This document shows positions 28,950 to 37,459 of a stretch of DNA of 64,000 nt, one piece after another. Each line of letters starts with the position of its first letter. Positions within the stretch are counted from its first letter, which is position 1. The notes below the pieces were generated by a model. The model had not been told where the DNA came from. It searched no databases and saw only the letters and a program-made list of their open reading frames with translations. The stretch is taken from the sequence record LC727699.1; one strand, 5' to 3'. Position numbers and translations under genes: made by a program.

Positions 28950-29606
28950 ATGCTAATGAATGAAATTATCGATATTCTAGAAGGAGGGAAAGAGAATATT
29001 CTCTTAACTAACCATCTAGGTAATGGCAAATATTCCAATGCGGGTAATGCAATGGCTGCATCATATGCCATTGCGGCACATACTGCTGTTGGTCAATTGC
29101 GAGATGGTTCAGGAAAACCTTACTGGCATCATTTATTACAAGTAGCTGAGATGGCGCAATTATTCGACCTATCTCACGCTGCTTATAAAGCAGCATGGTT
29201 ACATGATGTAATTGAGGATACTGCTGTAACTGCTTCTGATCTAACTAAACTATTCTCAATCCCTGTTGTTAATTTAGTAACTGAACTAACAAATGTAACT
29301 TACGAAGGTAATCGTAAAACTAGGATTAGTTTACAACATGAAAGACTTTCTCGCATTTCATGGAGTGGTCAATCTCTTAAGTTACTAGATTCCATTTCAA
29401 ACATGTGGTCGATTGTTAATGATAAGCCTGATTTTGCTGAACTGTATCTGACTGAGAAAGCTCAACTAATCAGTAAGTTAAATAATTGTCACCCCGCTAT
29501 TAAAGATCTGGCTATATCTGTTCTCTATGGCAGGTGTACTATGGTTGGTGGGGATGCACTAAAAGAATATAATAAACTATTTTCTGATAATGAAATTGTA
29601 TGTTAA
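28950..29606 (+). CDS. HD-domain (p)ppGpp-hydrolase-like protein (Mesh1/SAH type)
   Basis: AH..GQLRDGSGKPY.HH..QVA, AAWLHDVIEDT, V..LT and KLLD...N. Confidence 0.8.
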   Translation: MLMNEIIDILEGGKENILLTNHLGNGKYSNAGNAMAASYAIAAHTAVGQLRDGSGKPYWHHLLQVAEMAQLFDLSHAAYKAAWLHDVIEDTAVTASDLTKLFSIPVVNLVTELTNVTYEGNRKTRISLQHERLSRISWSGQSLKLLDSISNMWSIVNDKPDFAELYLTEKAQLISKLNNCHPAIKDLAISVLYGRCTMVGGDALKEYNKLFSDNEIVC

Positions 29607-29624
29607 AATAATTACTTAATATAC

Positions 29625-29695
29625 ACCCTCCCTTCGGGGAGGGTTTTATTTATCTTTTTTTGTATTTAAACTATTTAAAAAGCTATATTACAAAT
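29625..29695 (+). promoter_or_regulatory. Terminator plus early-promoter cassette (class A-like)
   Basis: ACCCTCCC-TTCG-GGGAGGGT, then TTTAAACTATTTAAAAAGC-TATATTAC (core 29684-29691). Confidence 0.8.
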
Positions 29696-29724
29696 ATGAA
29701 TTTAATAACCAAGAGGGCAATACA

Positions 29725-29988
29725 ATGACTGAACGTTTGAAATCCGTATGGTGCGCTTGCAGCTTACTGCGTGAACGCTGGAGACACATCCAAGACATTG
29801 CTGTCGGGGATGAACATCATGTCATAGTAAAAAACGATATGCTGATGGTGTTTCGTGGTCAAGTACCGGTAGGTAGCATGTACCGGGGTGACAGTGACCC
29901 ACTCATCTACGAGGGTGGTGCACTGGAAGAATTTACTAAAGTTGTATTGGATTTAGAATTCAATACTCGTGGTGAAACCAATAGTTAA
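29725..29988 (+). CDS. Hypothetical protein
   Basis: 87 aa, GAGGG RBS. Confidence 0.75.
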   Translation: MTERLKSVWCACSLLRERWRHIQDIAVGDEHHVIVKNDMLMVFRGQVPVGSMYRGDSDPLIYEGGALEEFTKVVLDLEFNTRGETNS

Positions 29989-30014
29989 TAAAATTAATTT
30001 TGAGGTAATTCATT

Positions 30015-30422
30015 ATGAAATATGTAATTGTATTTATGTTGTCTATTGTAACTATCACTGCTAACTCGGCTGTCATGTACACTAATCGTGATTCATGCAT
30101 CGAGTTTGTAAAACAGGCAGATGAATTGTTTGTAAAAGGTGCATCTGTAACTGAAGTGCAAATGAAGACTTATGAAAGGATTCATTATATCCTTAATAAC
30201 ACTAAAGATCTAAAGACCAACCAGTCTAAAGTTGAAGAACTCACTGGTCTATTTTACCTATGGTCTAAGGTAGATAAAATGGCAATTGAGGCAAGTTTGC
30301 CACGTGCAACAAATGCTGCTAAAGTCTATAAGACCACTCCTGAGAAATTCATCATTGATGGTTATTTCCAGCGTTGTGTAGCGGCAGGTGCGTTTGAAGC
30401 AAAACCACTTACTCTAAAATAA
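30015..30422 (+). CDS. Predicted exported two-Cys protein
   Basis: Signal MKYVIVFMLSIVTITANSA; RDSC...QRCV. Confidence 0.8.
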   Translation: MKYVIVFMLSIVTITANSAVMYTNRDSCIEFVKQADELFVKGASVTEVQMKTYERIHYILNNTKDLKTNQSKVEELTGLFYLWSKVDKMAIEASLPRATNAAKVYKTTPEKFIIDGYFQRCVAAGAFEAKPLTLK

Positions 30423-30434
30423 TGGAGGTACAAC

Positions 30435-30794
30435 ATGCTTAAGAATTGGCTATTATTCCTTTTCCTGCCAATCCTGTCCATTGCATGTCAGCCTGCCCAC
30501 GCTGTAGAAGTGGGTATTACTAAGAAATCATGTAATGTGGCAGTAAATCTTTCACAAAAAGCAACTGAGCTTTATGATAAGAACCTATCCCAATTTGAGA
30601 TAATGATGCAGTTAGATATGATCTCTCGTAAGGATATGGATGACTTAGAGTTCTATGCAGGTACCGTATATGCTAAATTAAACTTAGTTGATATTCGCGT
30701 AAATAAACGAAAAGGATTTACCAATGGAGCTATTCTAGATAGGCTAGCTGAAAACTGTGTTGAAGCAATTGGTACTAAATTTAACTTGGAGTAG
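30435..30794 (+). CDS. Predicted exported two-Cys protein
   Basis: Signal MLKNWLLFLFLPILSIACQPAHA; KKSC...ENCV. Confidence 0.8.
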   Translation: MLKNWLLFLFLPILSIACQPAHAVEVGITKKSCNVAVNLSQKATELYDKNLSQFEIMMQLDMISRKDMDDLEFYAGTVYAKLNLVDIRVNKRKGFTNGAILDRLAENCVEAIGTKFNLE

Positions 30795-30797
30795 AAT

Positions 30798-31592
30798 ATG
30801 GTTAGTATTTATATTGTCATTATACTCATGGCTATGCTAGCTGCATTGACATGTGGTAATTTGGTAGATAGCTGGGTAAGGCCAGCTATTCTAAAGTGGT
30901 TAAATGATGATGTCGCTATTCATTTCACCAATGCTACCTGGATGGTTGGGGGGATCCCTAATAGTGTTCCAATGCAACTAGGTAAAGCTGTTTGGTTACC
31001 CAAATACGTGGGTGACGGAATACGTCTTTATATCACGGCTGATGAAATAAAATTTGGATGGAATGGTAAAGAAAAAGATGCTTTAGCACGAGCCATTGTT
31101 GAAGTTATCTTTATTGGTAAAAATCCAAATAGTAAACTTCTTGAAGTAAGTATTAAACCTATTTGGTTACACCCTTCTATCCAAAAAGAAAGTTTCTATT
31201 TAATGTTTGATTGGGAAAAGCTTTATACAAAAAATGAAGAGATGCGTATTTGTTGGAAGACAATACGTCACACTTTTTTCTATGGATTCCTAGGTTTGCT
31301 ATTTGGCGGTAGTGCCAATGCAGATAACCTTGTATTAACTGAACGTGGATGTGACCAATATGAAGCAATGGTGAGAACTATTGCATCTAAAGCTTATATT
31401 GGATTAGATCCAGTTATGGGTAGGGAATTCATTATTAATGATCCTGATATGTTAAATGCCCGTGAGAAAGCACAACGTAATACCCGTATCATTATCGATA
31501 TGGTGGAAACTGGACAAGAACCCAAAGACATTGCATTATGGATGAATACTCAATGTAAACAAGAAGCAGTGTCAAATTTAATCAAACAGTGA
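30798..31592 (+). CDS. Membrane protein apparently fused to an exported two-Cys module (internal ATG 31242)
   Basis: N-terminal hydrophobic helix; internal MRICWKTIRHTFFYGFLGLLFGGSANA-D signal-like segment; ERGC...TQCK. Confidence 0.75.
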   Translation: MVSIYIVIILMAMLAALTCGNLVDSWVRPAILKWLNDDVAIHFTNATWMVGGIPNSVPMQLGKAVWLPKYVGDGIRLYITADEIKFGWNGKEKDALARAIVEVIFIGKNPNSKLLEVSIKPIWLHPSIQKESFYLMFDWEKLYTKNEEMRICWKTIRHTFFYGFLGLLFGGSANADNLVLTERGCDQYEAMVRTIASKAYIGLDPVMGREFIINDPDMLNAREKAQRNTRIIIDMVETGQEPKDIALWMNTQCKQEAVSNLIKQ

Positions 31593-31605
31593 AAAAGGCA
31601 TAGAT

Positions 31606-31989
31606 ATGAAAAGAAATTTTGAAGATGATCACGTGGTAATGGCAGTGGAAGTATATGAGAAACTGAAAGAAGCTGCTGCTTATTCATTACACTCTTCTGA
31701 AATTAGTAAGATCGAACGACATATGCGTAAGTTTAATCGTGTTCAACGCGATAAACATATTGAAAATATGCATATGGAAATGCTTGAGAAACGCGAGGCT
31801 ATTAGAAAAGCAAAATCTTTCTTTTCTCAAAATGCCGGTAAAATTGGTTGCGTAGTAGATAGGCTTGTCAAAGTATGTGAAGTGTATAAAATGGATAAGT
31901 CTATGGTGGTTGTTGAGTTTCTCCAACATAAATCTAAAATTAAAGTTCCAGTAAATCCTGAAAAAATTACTATTCTTACCATTAAATAA
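31606..31989 (+). CDS. Hypothetical protein, paralogue of 6641..7243
   Basis: MKRNFEDDHVVMAVEVYEKL...RHMRKFN...AKSFFSQN versus MQRNNDPQQVIMSIEMYNSL...RHVRKMN...ARAFFEAN. Confidence 0.8.
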   Translation: MKRNFEDDHVVMAVEVYEKLKEAAAYSLHSSEISKIERHMRKFNRVQRDKHIENMHMEMLEKREAIRKAKSFFSQNAGKIGCVVDRLVKVCEVYKMDKSMVVVEFLQHKSKIKVPVNPEKITILTIK

Positions 31990-32006
31990 ATGAAGAAGGA
32001 TTTAAA

Positions 32007-32462
32007 ATGAAAAATGTAATTGCAGCAGCTTTCGCTGGTCTCATTGCCATTACCGGTATCATGTTCAATACCGCAATGGCTGAAATCAAGATTGGTAAAA
32101 AAGATGCTCAACTCACTGTGCAGTCGTGTGCAATGGTTGAAACCATTACTAAACAAGCTGTATTTCGAATGAGTGAAGGTCATAGCGCAGATGAAGTTGG
32201 TGTGCTTATGCTCAACAACTCTGCTAAACTCAAAGATGAGTTGGATACCAATAATTGGATTGCGTTAACACTCGTATTCAATAGTCTTAATAAAATCAAT
32301 AATGACCTTAACAGTAAAGAGATCCATGATTATATCCGTAGTCAAGGTTACAATGTGACTACTCCTAATCTGGCAGCTTTTATCAGCGGGTATTATGGCA
32401 ATTACTGCATGAAGCATATTGGTGAGAAATTCACTCACATGGTAATTGTTGAACTCATTTAA
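32007..32462 (+). CDS. Predicted exported two-Cys protein
   Basis: Signal MKNVIAAAFAGLIAITGIMFNTAMA; VQSC...NYCM. Confidence 0.8.
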   Translation: MKNVIAAAFAGLIAITGIMFNTAMAEIKIGKKDAQLTVQSCAMVETITKQAVFRMSEGHSADEVGVLMLNNSAKLKDELDTNNWIALTLVFNSLNKINNDLNSKEIHDYIRSQGYNVTTPNLAAFISGYYGNYCMKHIGEKFTHMVIVELI

Positions 32463-32494
32463 TTCATATCGAATACTTTCAAAAGGAAAATAGG

Positions 32495-32872
32495 ATGAAA
32501 TACGTCTTCTCGCTCATTATCACTATGGTAGCAATGTCGGTTAATGCACAACCCGTAACCGTGTCATCTTGCTACGTGCTGCACAGCTTGGCAAAGAATA
32601 TGGTTCAATTCTACACTAATGGCGGTGAGCCATTGGAGATGTATGCAATACTGCAAGATGAACTATCCATTGCCATAGATAAAAACCAGAGTGATAAGGC
32701 ACTCGCTATTAATATCGCATTGGATAATGTCGATGTAATATACCAAAATCTCACTGATCCCGCACTTAAGCTTTTGGCAAAGAGCGAGGGAAGTGATCTT
32801 GGTGAGATGCTGACTGAAAAACTCAGTAATGGGTGTTTCAATATAGTCGGCGAGGAGTTGTATGATAACTAG
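32495..32872 (+). CDS. Predicted exported two-Cys protein
   Basis: Signal MKYVFSLIITMVAMSVNA; VSSC...NGCF. Confidence 0.8.
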   Translation: MKYVFSLIITMVAMSVNAQPVTVSSCYVLHSLAKNMVQFYTNGGEPLEMYAILQDELSIAIDKNQSDKALAINIALDNVDVIYQNLTDPALKLLAKSEGSDLGEMLTEKLSNGCFNIVGEELYDN

Positions 32873-33101
32873 AATCATCCTAATTGTTGCATGGGTATGG
32901 GTAATCTCTCTTATGGGAATGATTACGTATGTTCTTTATGATACGTATCAATTTCGTAAGAAATTAGAAATGCCTGTTGTAGAATGGGAAGATAAGGCGA
33001 AGGGCACTCCTATTAAGAAGTGTCCAGATGAAGTATTATTCGCCGAAGACCCAAAGGATGGCAAACTCAAAATGGGATGCCCTGAGAGTTATAAGAAATA
33101 A
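32862..33101 (+). CDS. Small membrane protein
   Basis: N-terminal hydrophobic helix; GGAG RBS. Confidence 0.75.
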   Translation: MITRIILIVAWVWVISLMGMITYVLYDTYQFRKKLEMPVVEWEDKAKGTPIKKCPDEVLFAEDPKDGKLKMGCPESYKK

Positions 33102-33103
33102 TT

Positions 33104-33128
33104 AGAGGACCTTCGGGTCCTCTTTTTA
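33104..33128 (+). terminator. Intrinsic terminator
   Basis: AGAGGACC-TTCG-GGTCCTCT followed by TTTT. Confidence 0.85.
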
Positions 33129-33183
33129 ACCGACTGGACGGTTAAAACTAGGTGGGATAAATTAAACTATTTGAGGAAATCTA

Positions 33184-33291
33184 ATGCAACTTAGTAATGA
33201 ACTTTTCTATGTGGGTATGGTAGCTGTATCAATGTCAATCGGTATGCTATTTAGCTATATTTACCACACTCATAAGAAAAAATATAAATAA
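33184..33291 (+). CDS. Small membrane peptide (35 aa)
   Basis: [35 protein letters not shown]; GAGGA RBS; lies between two terminators. Confidence 0.6.
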   Translation: MQLSNELFYVGMVAVSMSIGMLFSYIYHTHKKKYK

Positions 33292-33297
33292 AGTCAT

Positions 33298-33356
33298 AAA
33301 CCCTCTCCCAAAGGAGAGGGCTTTTACATTAAATTTTTTTTGAAATCTATATTACA
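33298..33356 (+). promoter_or_regulatory. Terminator plus early-promoter cassette (class B)
   Basis: CCCTCTCC-CAAA-GGAGAGGG, then a 30-bp repeat ending TATATTAC-A (core 33348-33355). Confidence 0.8.
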
Positions 33357-33394
33357 CTAATACAACATTAAACTATTAAATAGGTAATTAAAAA

Positions 33395-33769
33395 ATGAAT
33401 GAAAATATTAAACGCTCATTTATTGGTATGCCACTGTCTATCAATATTGGTAAAGATATTGATTTATCAATGTATGAACGAATTGTATTTGTATCACAAG
33501 TAGATAAAAATGATATAAAATACTTTGTTTATAAATTAAATAAATCCAAATTTAAACATGAACCAAATGTAGTTAATTACGCCGAAACAGATAAGGATAT
33601 TATTATTTATCCCCCGCTTGATTTCATTCAGACAATTAATGAATATTATCGAGTATCATTGGAAAATGAATTTATGTGTCATCCTGTTATTCTAAAAGCA
33701 GATGATAGTAATAATCAAGAAGTATTTTTGAAAACTATTAAAATGGTACATGAGTATGTCGATGAATAA
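33395..33769 (+). CDS. Hypothetical protein
   Basis: 124 aa, AGGT RBS. Confidence 0.75.
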   Translation: MNENIKRSFIGMPLSINIGKDIDLSMYERIVFVSQVDKNDIKYFVYKLNKSKFKHEPNVVNYAETDKDIIIYPPLDFIQTINEYYRVSLENEFMCHPVILKADDSNNQEVFLKTIKMVHEYVDE

Positions 33770-34217
33770 CTGCGCATTTATTAATTTAAGGCAACGTTTA
33801 GTTAATGATAAACTAACCTATGTGATTCATCCCATAGTGAAGGTTTATGATTTCACTAGAAAGGCTATTAGACAATTAACTGATTTTGCTATTTTAGATA
33901 GTTATAACTTCCCAGAGGAAACTTCCAATATTAGTGTTCAGCCAACTATCACAGATGATACTAATAATAGAAATTCTTTGATACATCTTGGGGTTATAGA
34001 AGAGCCTGATTTTGGACCAACTAGATTATACGCCATCTTAGATAGAGAAATCAAAGATGATTCTAATCTAATTGAAACAACTGATGATGGCTGGTATACA
34101 TTGGATGAGTTAATTCTAGTTGAAGACGATATGGATGAATTCGCGCGACTTATTGTTCAGTACTTGCGAACTATTCCGAGGAAGCCACAATGGTTAACTT
34201 CGACAAAAGATGTTTAG
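33750..34217 (+). CDS. Hypothetical protein
   Basis: 155 aa in an overlapping operon. Confidence 0.75.
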   Translation: MSMSMNNCAFINLRQRLVNDKLTYVIHPIVKVYDFTRKAIRQLTDFAILDSYNFPEETSNISVQPTITDDTNNRNSLIHLGVIEEPDFGPTRLYAILDREIKDDSNLIETTDDGWYTLDELILVEDDMDEFARLIVQYLRTIPRKPQWLTSTKDV

Positions 34218-34420
34218 AAATAGAGCCTAATCAGTTAGGTTATGTATTTACAAAGATCGGTTGGGAAATATGTGTTACTATTGGCATACGACATATATGT
34301 GCTAAAACCTATTATACAGTGTATTCACTTAATGATAAATGCATTTATTACATTGAGCATTCAGCGCAATTTACTAAACGCATAAAACCAAACTATATAC
34401 AAAGGTTTCATGTTCTATGA
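34190..34420 (+). CDS. Hypothetical protein
   Basis: 76 aa, overlaps both neighbours. Confidence 0.55.
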   Translation: MVNFDKRCLEIEPNQLGYVFTKIGWEICVTIGIRHICAKTYYTVYSLNDKCIYYIEHSAQFTKRIKPNYIQRFHVL

Positions 34421-35103
34421 TCAATACAACCGATAAAACTATAGTTGGTATAGGATTTGAAACAAAGGTTTCAGATTCACCGATTGAACAACCTGTAAAG
34501 AAAACTAAGACTCCTAAGATAAATAAACAAAAAGAATGGGAGAAAGTAGATGATCCGAGAGAATATACAAAAGAGGAACAAACTTCTCTCTTTGTAAATT
34601 GGCTTCAAAGCACACGTAATTACTGGCATAAACAGTATACCGATACTCAAAATACAGATAAGGCACTATCTATCAGAGATATGCTTGATGGATTTATATA
34701 TAGCATCGCAGCTGGCCTAGATGGCAATGATCCAAATATACCCGGATTCAAACTTATACCTAATGTTACTCAAGAGGATATTGACTACCTAATAAGTATT
34801 GGTGAGAATTATTGGCCAGTAAACCCAGTTGAAAATTTAAAAGATAATATCCGTGCAAAGTGTGATGCAGTTGATATTTCTGGTAATCTACGTTATCAAG
34901 TTTCTAAGACATTTACGGAACCTTTCAAAGGACCACATGCACTATTGAACCATTTCCTTAGTTTAGCAGGTGAGAAACCTGTTAAGTATTACTCGGGTAA
35001 TTTTACGCAAGAGCAACTTGCTATGTTAGTAGAAAAAGCTAAAGAAAAAGCGGAAAAGATACAATCACAAATAGCTGATGATATCAGTCGAATAATGCGT
35101 TAA
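34417..35103 (+). CDS. Hypothetical protein sharing a domain with 35148..35522
   Basis: LDGNDPNIPGFKLIP...DISGNLR versus LDGNNDDCPAFHLIP...DLAGELR. Confidence 0.85.
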   Translation: MINTTDKTIVGIGFETKVSDSPIEQPVKKTKTPKINKQKEWEKVDDPREYTKEEQTSLFVNWLQSTRNYWHKQYTDTQNTDKALSIRDMLDGFIYSIAAGLDGNDPNIPGFKLIPNVTQEDIDYLISIGENYWPVNPVENLKDNIRAKCDAVDISGNLRYQVSKTFTEPFKGPHALLNHFLSLAGEKPVKYYSGNFTQEQLAMLVEKAKEKAEKIQSQIADDISRIMR

Positions 35104-35147
35104 TGAACTAATAAATTTATAAGCTACTGATAACAAGGTATGTAATT

Positions 35148-35522
35148 ATGATCTATTTTGAAGGCGATGGTAATGTTAAACCTGTAACACAGGAACAAGT
35201 TAAAGAACTATTTATTAGTAGTGTTGTCAATATGCGTGATAATGCTATCAATAACTCTAAACTTGATCAATTTACAGAGCCAGCTGATCGGGACAGGGCT
35301 GTAGCAGATAGTGTCATTACAGGCATGCTAGATATACTAGATGGCAATAATGACGATTGCCCAGCGTTTCATTTAATTCCAGCAGTTGGTGAGGAAGAAT
35401 ATTTAGCGGCTGTAGAAGCAGGTGCTGATTATATCCCTTATGATGATGGTAGTGATAATTATCAACCATTAGATTTAGCTGGTGAACTACGAGATTATTT
35501 TATCTTTGTTAATAGGGGTTAA
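35148..35522 (+). CDS. Hypothetical protein, paralogue of 34417 and of the remnant at 37456
   Basis: See the shared segments above; AAGGT RBS. Confidence 0.85.
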   Translation: MIYFEGDGNVKPVTQEQVKELFISSVVNMRDNAINNSKLDQFTEPADRDRAVADSVITGMLDILDGNNDDCPAFHLIPAVGEEEYLAAVEAGADYIPYDDGSDNYQPLDLAGELRDYFIFVNRG

Positions 35523-35524
35523 TA

Positions 35525-35959
35525 ATGGCTGATATAGTAATTGCACTAATCCTGTCAGCAATTATTGTTTATCTAATTAATATTTTTAAACACCCAAAAA
35601 TAATTTATGCCAATAGTGTAAATGATAATGTCTTCATTGTTACTGGTTGCTCTTATATATCTGAAAATAATGAAGATGGTACATTAACAACTTTTTCACC
35701 TAAATTAAATAATAGGTTAATAATTGATTTAACTAAAGGTCAACCCAATAAAGACTTTTATATTTCAGTATTAGATAACACACTTAAATTCCATCACACT
35801 GTTGATGAAATCATCACAGCTAATAAATGGGAAGCTTTATTTAAAATTAGCATAACCAAAGAGGATGTGTGTATCTCAGGAATACCTCTTAAAAATAAAA
35901 ATATAAAATGTAATTTACACTGGGTTATAGCACCAAGTAAAATGGTGAATAAATTGTAA
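35525..35959 (+). CDS. Hypothetical membrane-anchored protein
   Basis: N-terminal hydrophobic helix IVIALILSAIIVYLINIF. Confidence 0.75.
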   Translation: MADIVIALILSAIIVYLINIFKHPKIIYANSVNDNVFIVTGCSYISENNEDGTLTTFSPKLNNRLIIDLTKGQPNKDFYISVLDNTLKFHHTVDEIITANKWEALFKISITKEDVCISGIPLKNKNIKCNLHWVIAPSKMVNKL

Positions 35960-35972
35960 TAGTTATTATAAT

Positions 35973-36050
35973 GCCCTCCCATTGCGGGAGGGCTTATATT
36001 TTATTTTTTTGTATTTAAAGCATTTTAAACAGTATATTACAAATGTGATA
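35973..36050 (+). promoter_or_regulatory. Terminator plus early-promoter cassette (class A)
   Basis: GCCCTCCC-ATTGC-GGGAGGGC, then TTTAAAGCATTTTAAACAG-TATATTAC (core 36033-36040). Confidence 0.8.
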
Positions 36051-36083
36051 AAACTATCTAAATTTCAAATAGGTAAATCAATT

Positions 36084-36443
36084 ATGTTGGATTATGCTTT
36101 GGAAAAGTGTCGTGAAATCCCTTATGTAAAACATCGTCAACGTGTTTATTCAGTCATTACTGATAAACGTGGTAGGATCATTAGTGAAAGCCAAAATATG
36201 TATGGTAAAACACATCCTGTTCAGAAACGTTATTCTCTAAAAGCAGGATTGTCCGATCTACGTTGTGAGATGCATAGTGAGTTGCGCTCTATCATCCTCT
36301 CCAAGGGAAAAGGATATAGGATCTATGTTGCACGTGTCGGCGCTGATGGTAGGCCACTGGATGCATACCCATGCCCCACTTGTCAAATGGCAATTAATGA
36401 CCATGGCAAATTAAAAGAGGTAATTGTATCTATTGGTAAATAA
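36084..36443 (+). CDS. Zn-dependent cytidine/dCMP deaminase-fold protein (start re-called from 35982)
   Basis: HSE (HxE) and PCPTC (PCxxC) motifs; the track start would overlap the terminator and promoter; AGGT RBS before ATG 36084. Confidence 0.7.
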   Translation: MLDYALEKCREIPYVKHRQRVYSVITDKRGRIISESQNMYGKTHPVQKRYSLKAGLSDLRCEMHSELRSIILSKGKGYRIYVARVGADGRPLDAYPCPTCQMAINDHGKLKEVIVSIGK

Positions 36444-36488
36444 TAACACTATAGTTAATTTAATTATTTATTTAAAAAGGAAAATACA

Positions 36489-37019
36489 ATGCCTAATGAT
36501 TATTTAAATAATAAACCATCCAAATATCTTAGGAGGATTCACCTTACAGCAAATGGTACACTGACTACAACTGTAGAAGCATGCCTAGAATATCAACCAG
36601 TTAGTGATGTCCATAAGTTTTATCCTTACTTCAATTTTACACCAGCAGAACTTTGGAATATATTTTCTGAATCTAGTTCTAATGTATTAACTATTTTTGG
36701 TAAACCTGATACCAGTAAGTCAAACCTCACTAGAGAAATGCTGAATCATCGAGGCTGGGACGATAAAATTTATTTAGTTGATCGGTCTGATGTTTTAGAA
36801 CATCCTGAATTTGCTAATCTCATTAGAGATTTTCCAAATGGGTCTGTTATTATTGCCGAGGATGTTGATAACGTAGTGCGTACACGCACAGGTGGTAATG
36901 GTGTTATGGCAGCTATCCTTAATGCCAGTGAAGGAATTGCCAAACGTAATATCAAATTAGTCATCACCACTAGCCTACCAGTACTTAAGGATACTGATGT
37001 AGGTGTTTTGATGTTCTAG
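36489..37019 (+). pseudogene. Degenerate, truncated AAA+ paralogue of 5433..6533
   Basis: YPYFNFTPAELW...SNVLTIFGKPDTSKSN versus YPFLDRSPAEIW...SNVLLLIGPPGTGKSN; stops before RPGR. Confidence 0.6.
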
Positions 37020-37039
37020 AATTTAATTAGGATCAAACT

Positions 37040-37459
37040 ATGAAAAATAAACGTCTAGTTGAAGTAGCAAAATATGCTTATTGTCTGGTTGGTGGACTTC
37101 CTAAACCAGAAGAAATGGATGAGGCTGAAAAAGAGTATTGGGCATCTATACCAAGTGTGGATATTAAATTAGCTTCATATTGGAAAATGGTCCCACCACC
37201 ACTATATGACCTAGTGATGAAATATAGTGAAACTGATTACGAAAGGTTTTATCCTCATCCTGGTGGCCCTTCTCTTAACACTGATGAACTTGAAACATTC
37301 AGGATTCCAGGTGAAGATGAGGGCGCACTTATTTGGCGCGATGTCTGCATTACTTGGTATAAACGACCAGGGCGTTGCATGTGTGTTTCACGCGACATCA
37401 CAGATTATGAACTCGCGCAACTTGAATTGGAACTTATCAAGGCTATCGCAAAACCATGA
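37040..37459 (+). CDS. Hypothetical protein
   Basis: 139 aa, AGGA RBS. Confidence 0.8.
   Translation: MKNKRLVEVAKYAYCLVGGLPKPEEMDEAEKEYWASIPSVDIKLASYWKMVPPPLYDLVMKYSETDYERFYPHPGGPSLNTDELETFRIPGEDEGALIWRDVCITWYKRPGRCMCVSRDITDYELAQLELELIKAIAKP

Noticed and set aside
33750-34217. Nudix hydrolase call
   Set aside because: C-terminal HLGVI/GWYTLDEL is suggestive, but there is no GX5EX7REUXEEXGU box
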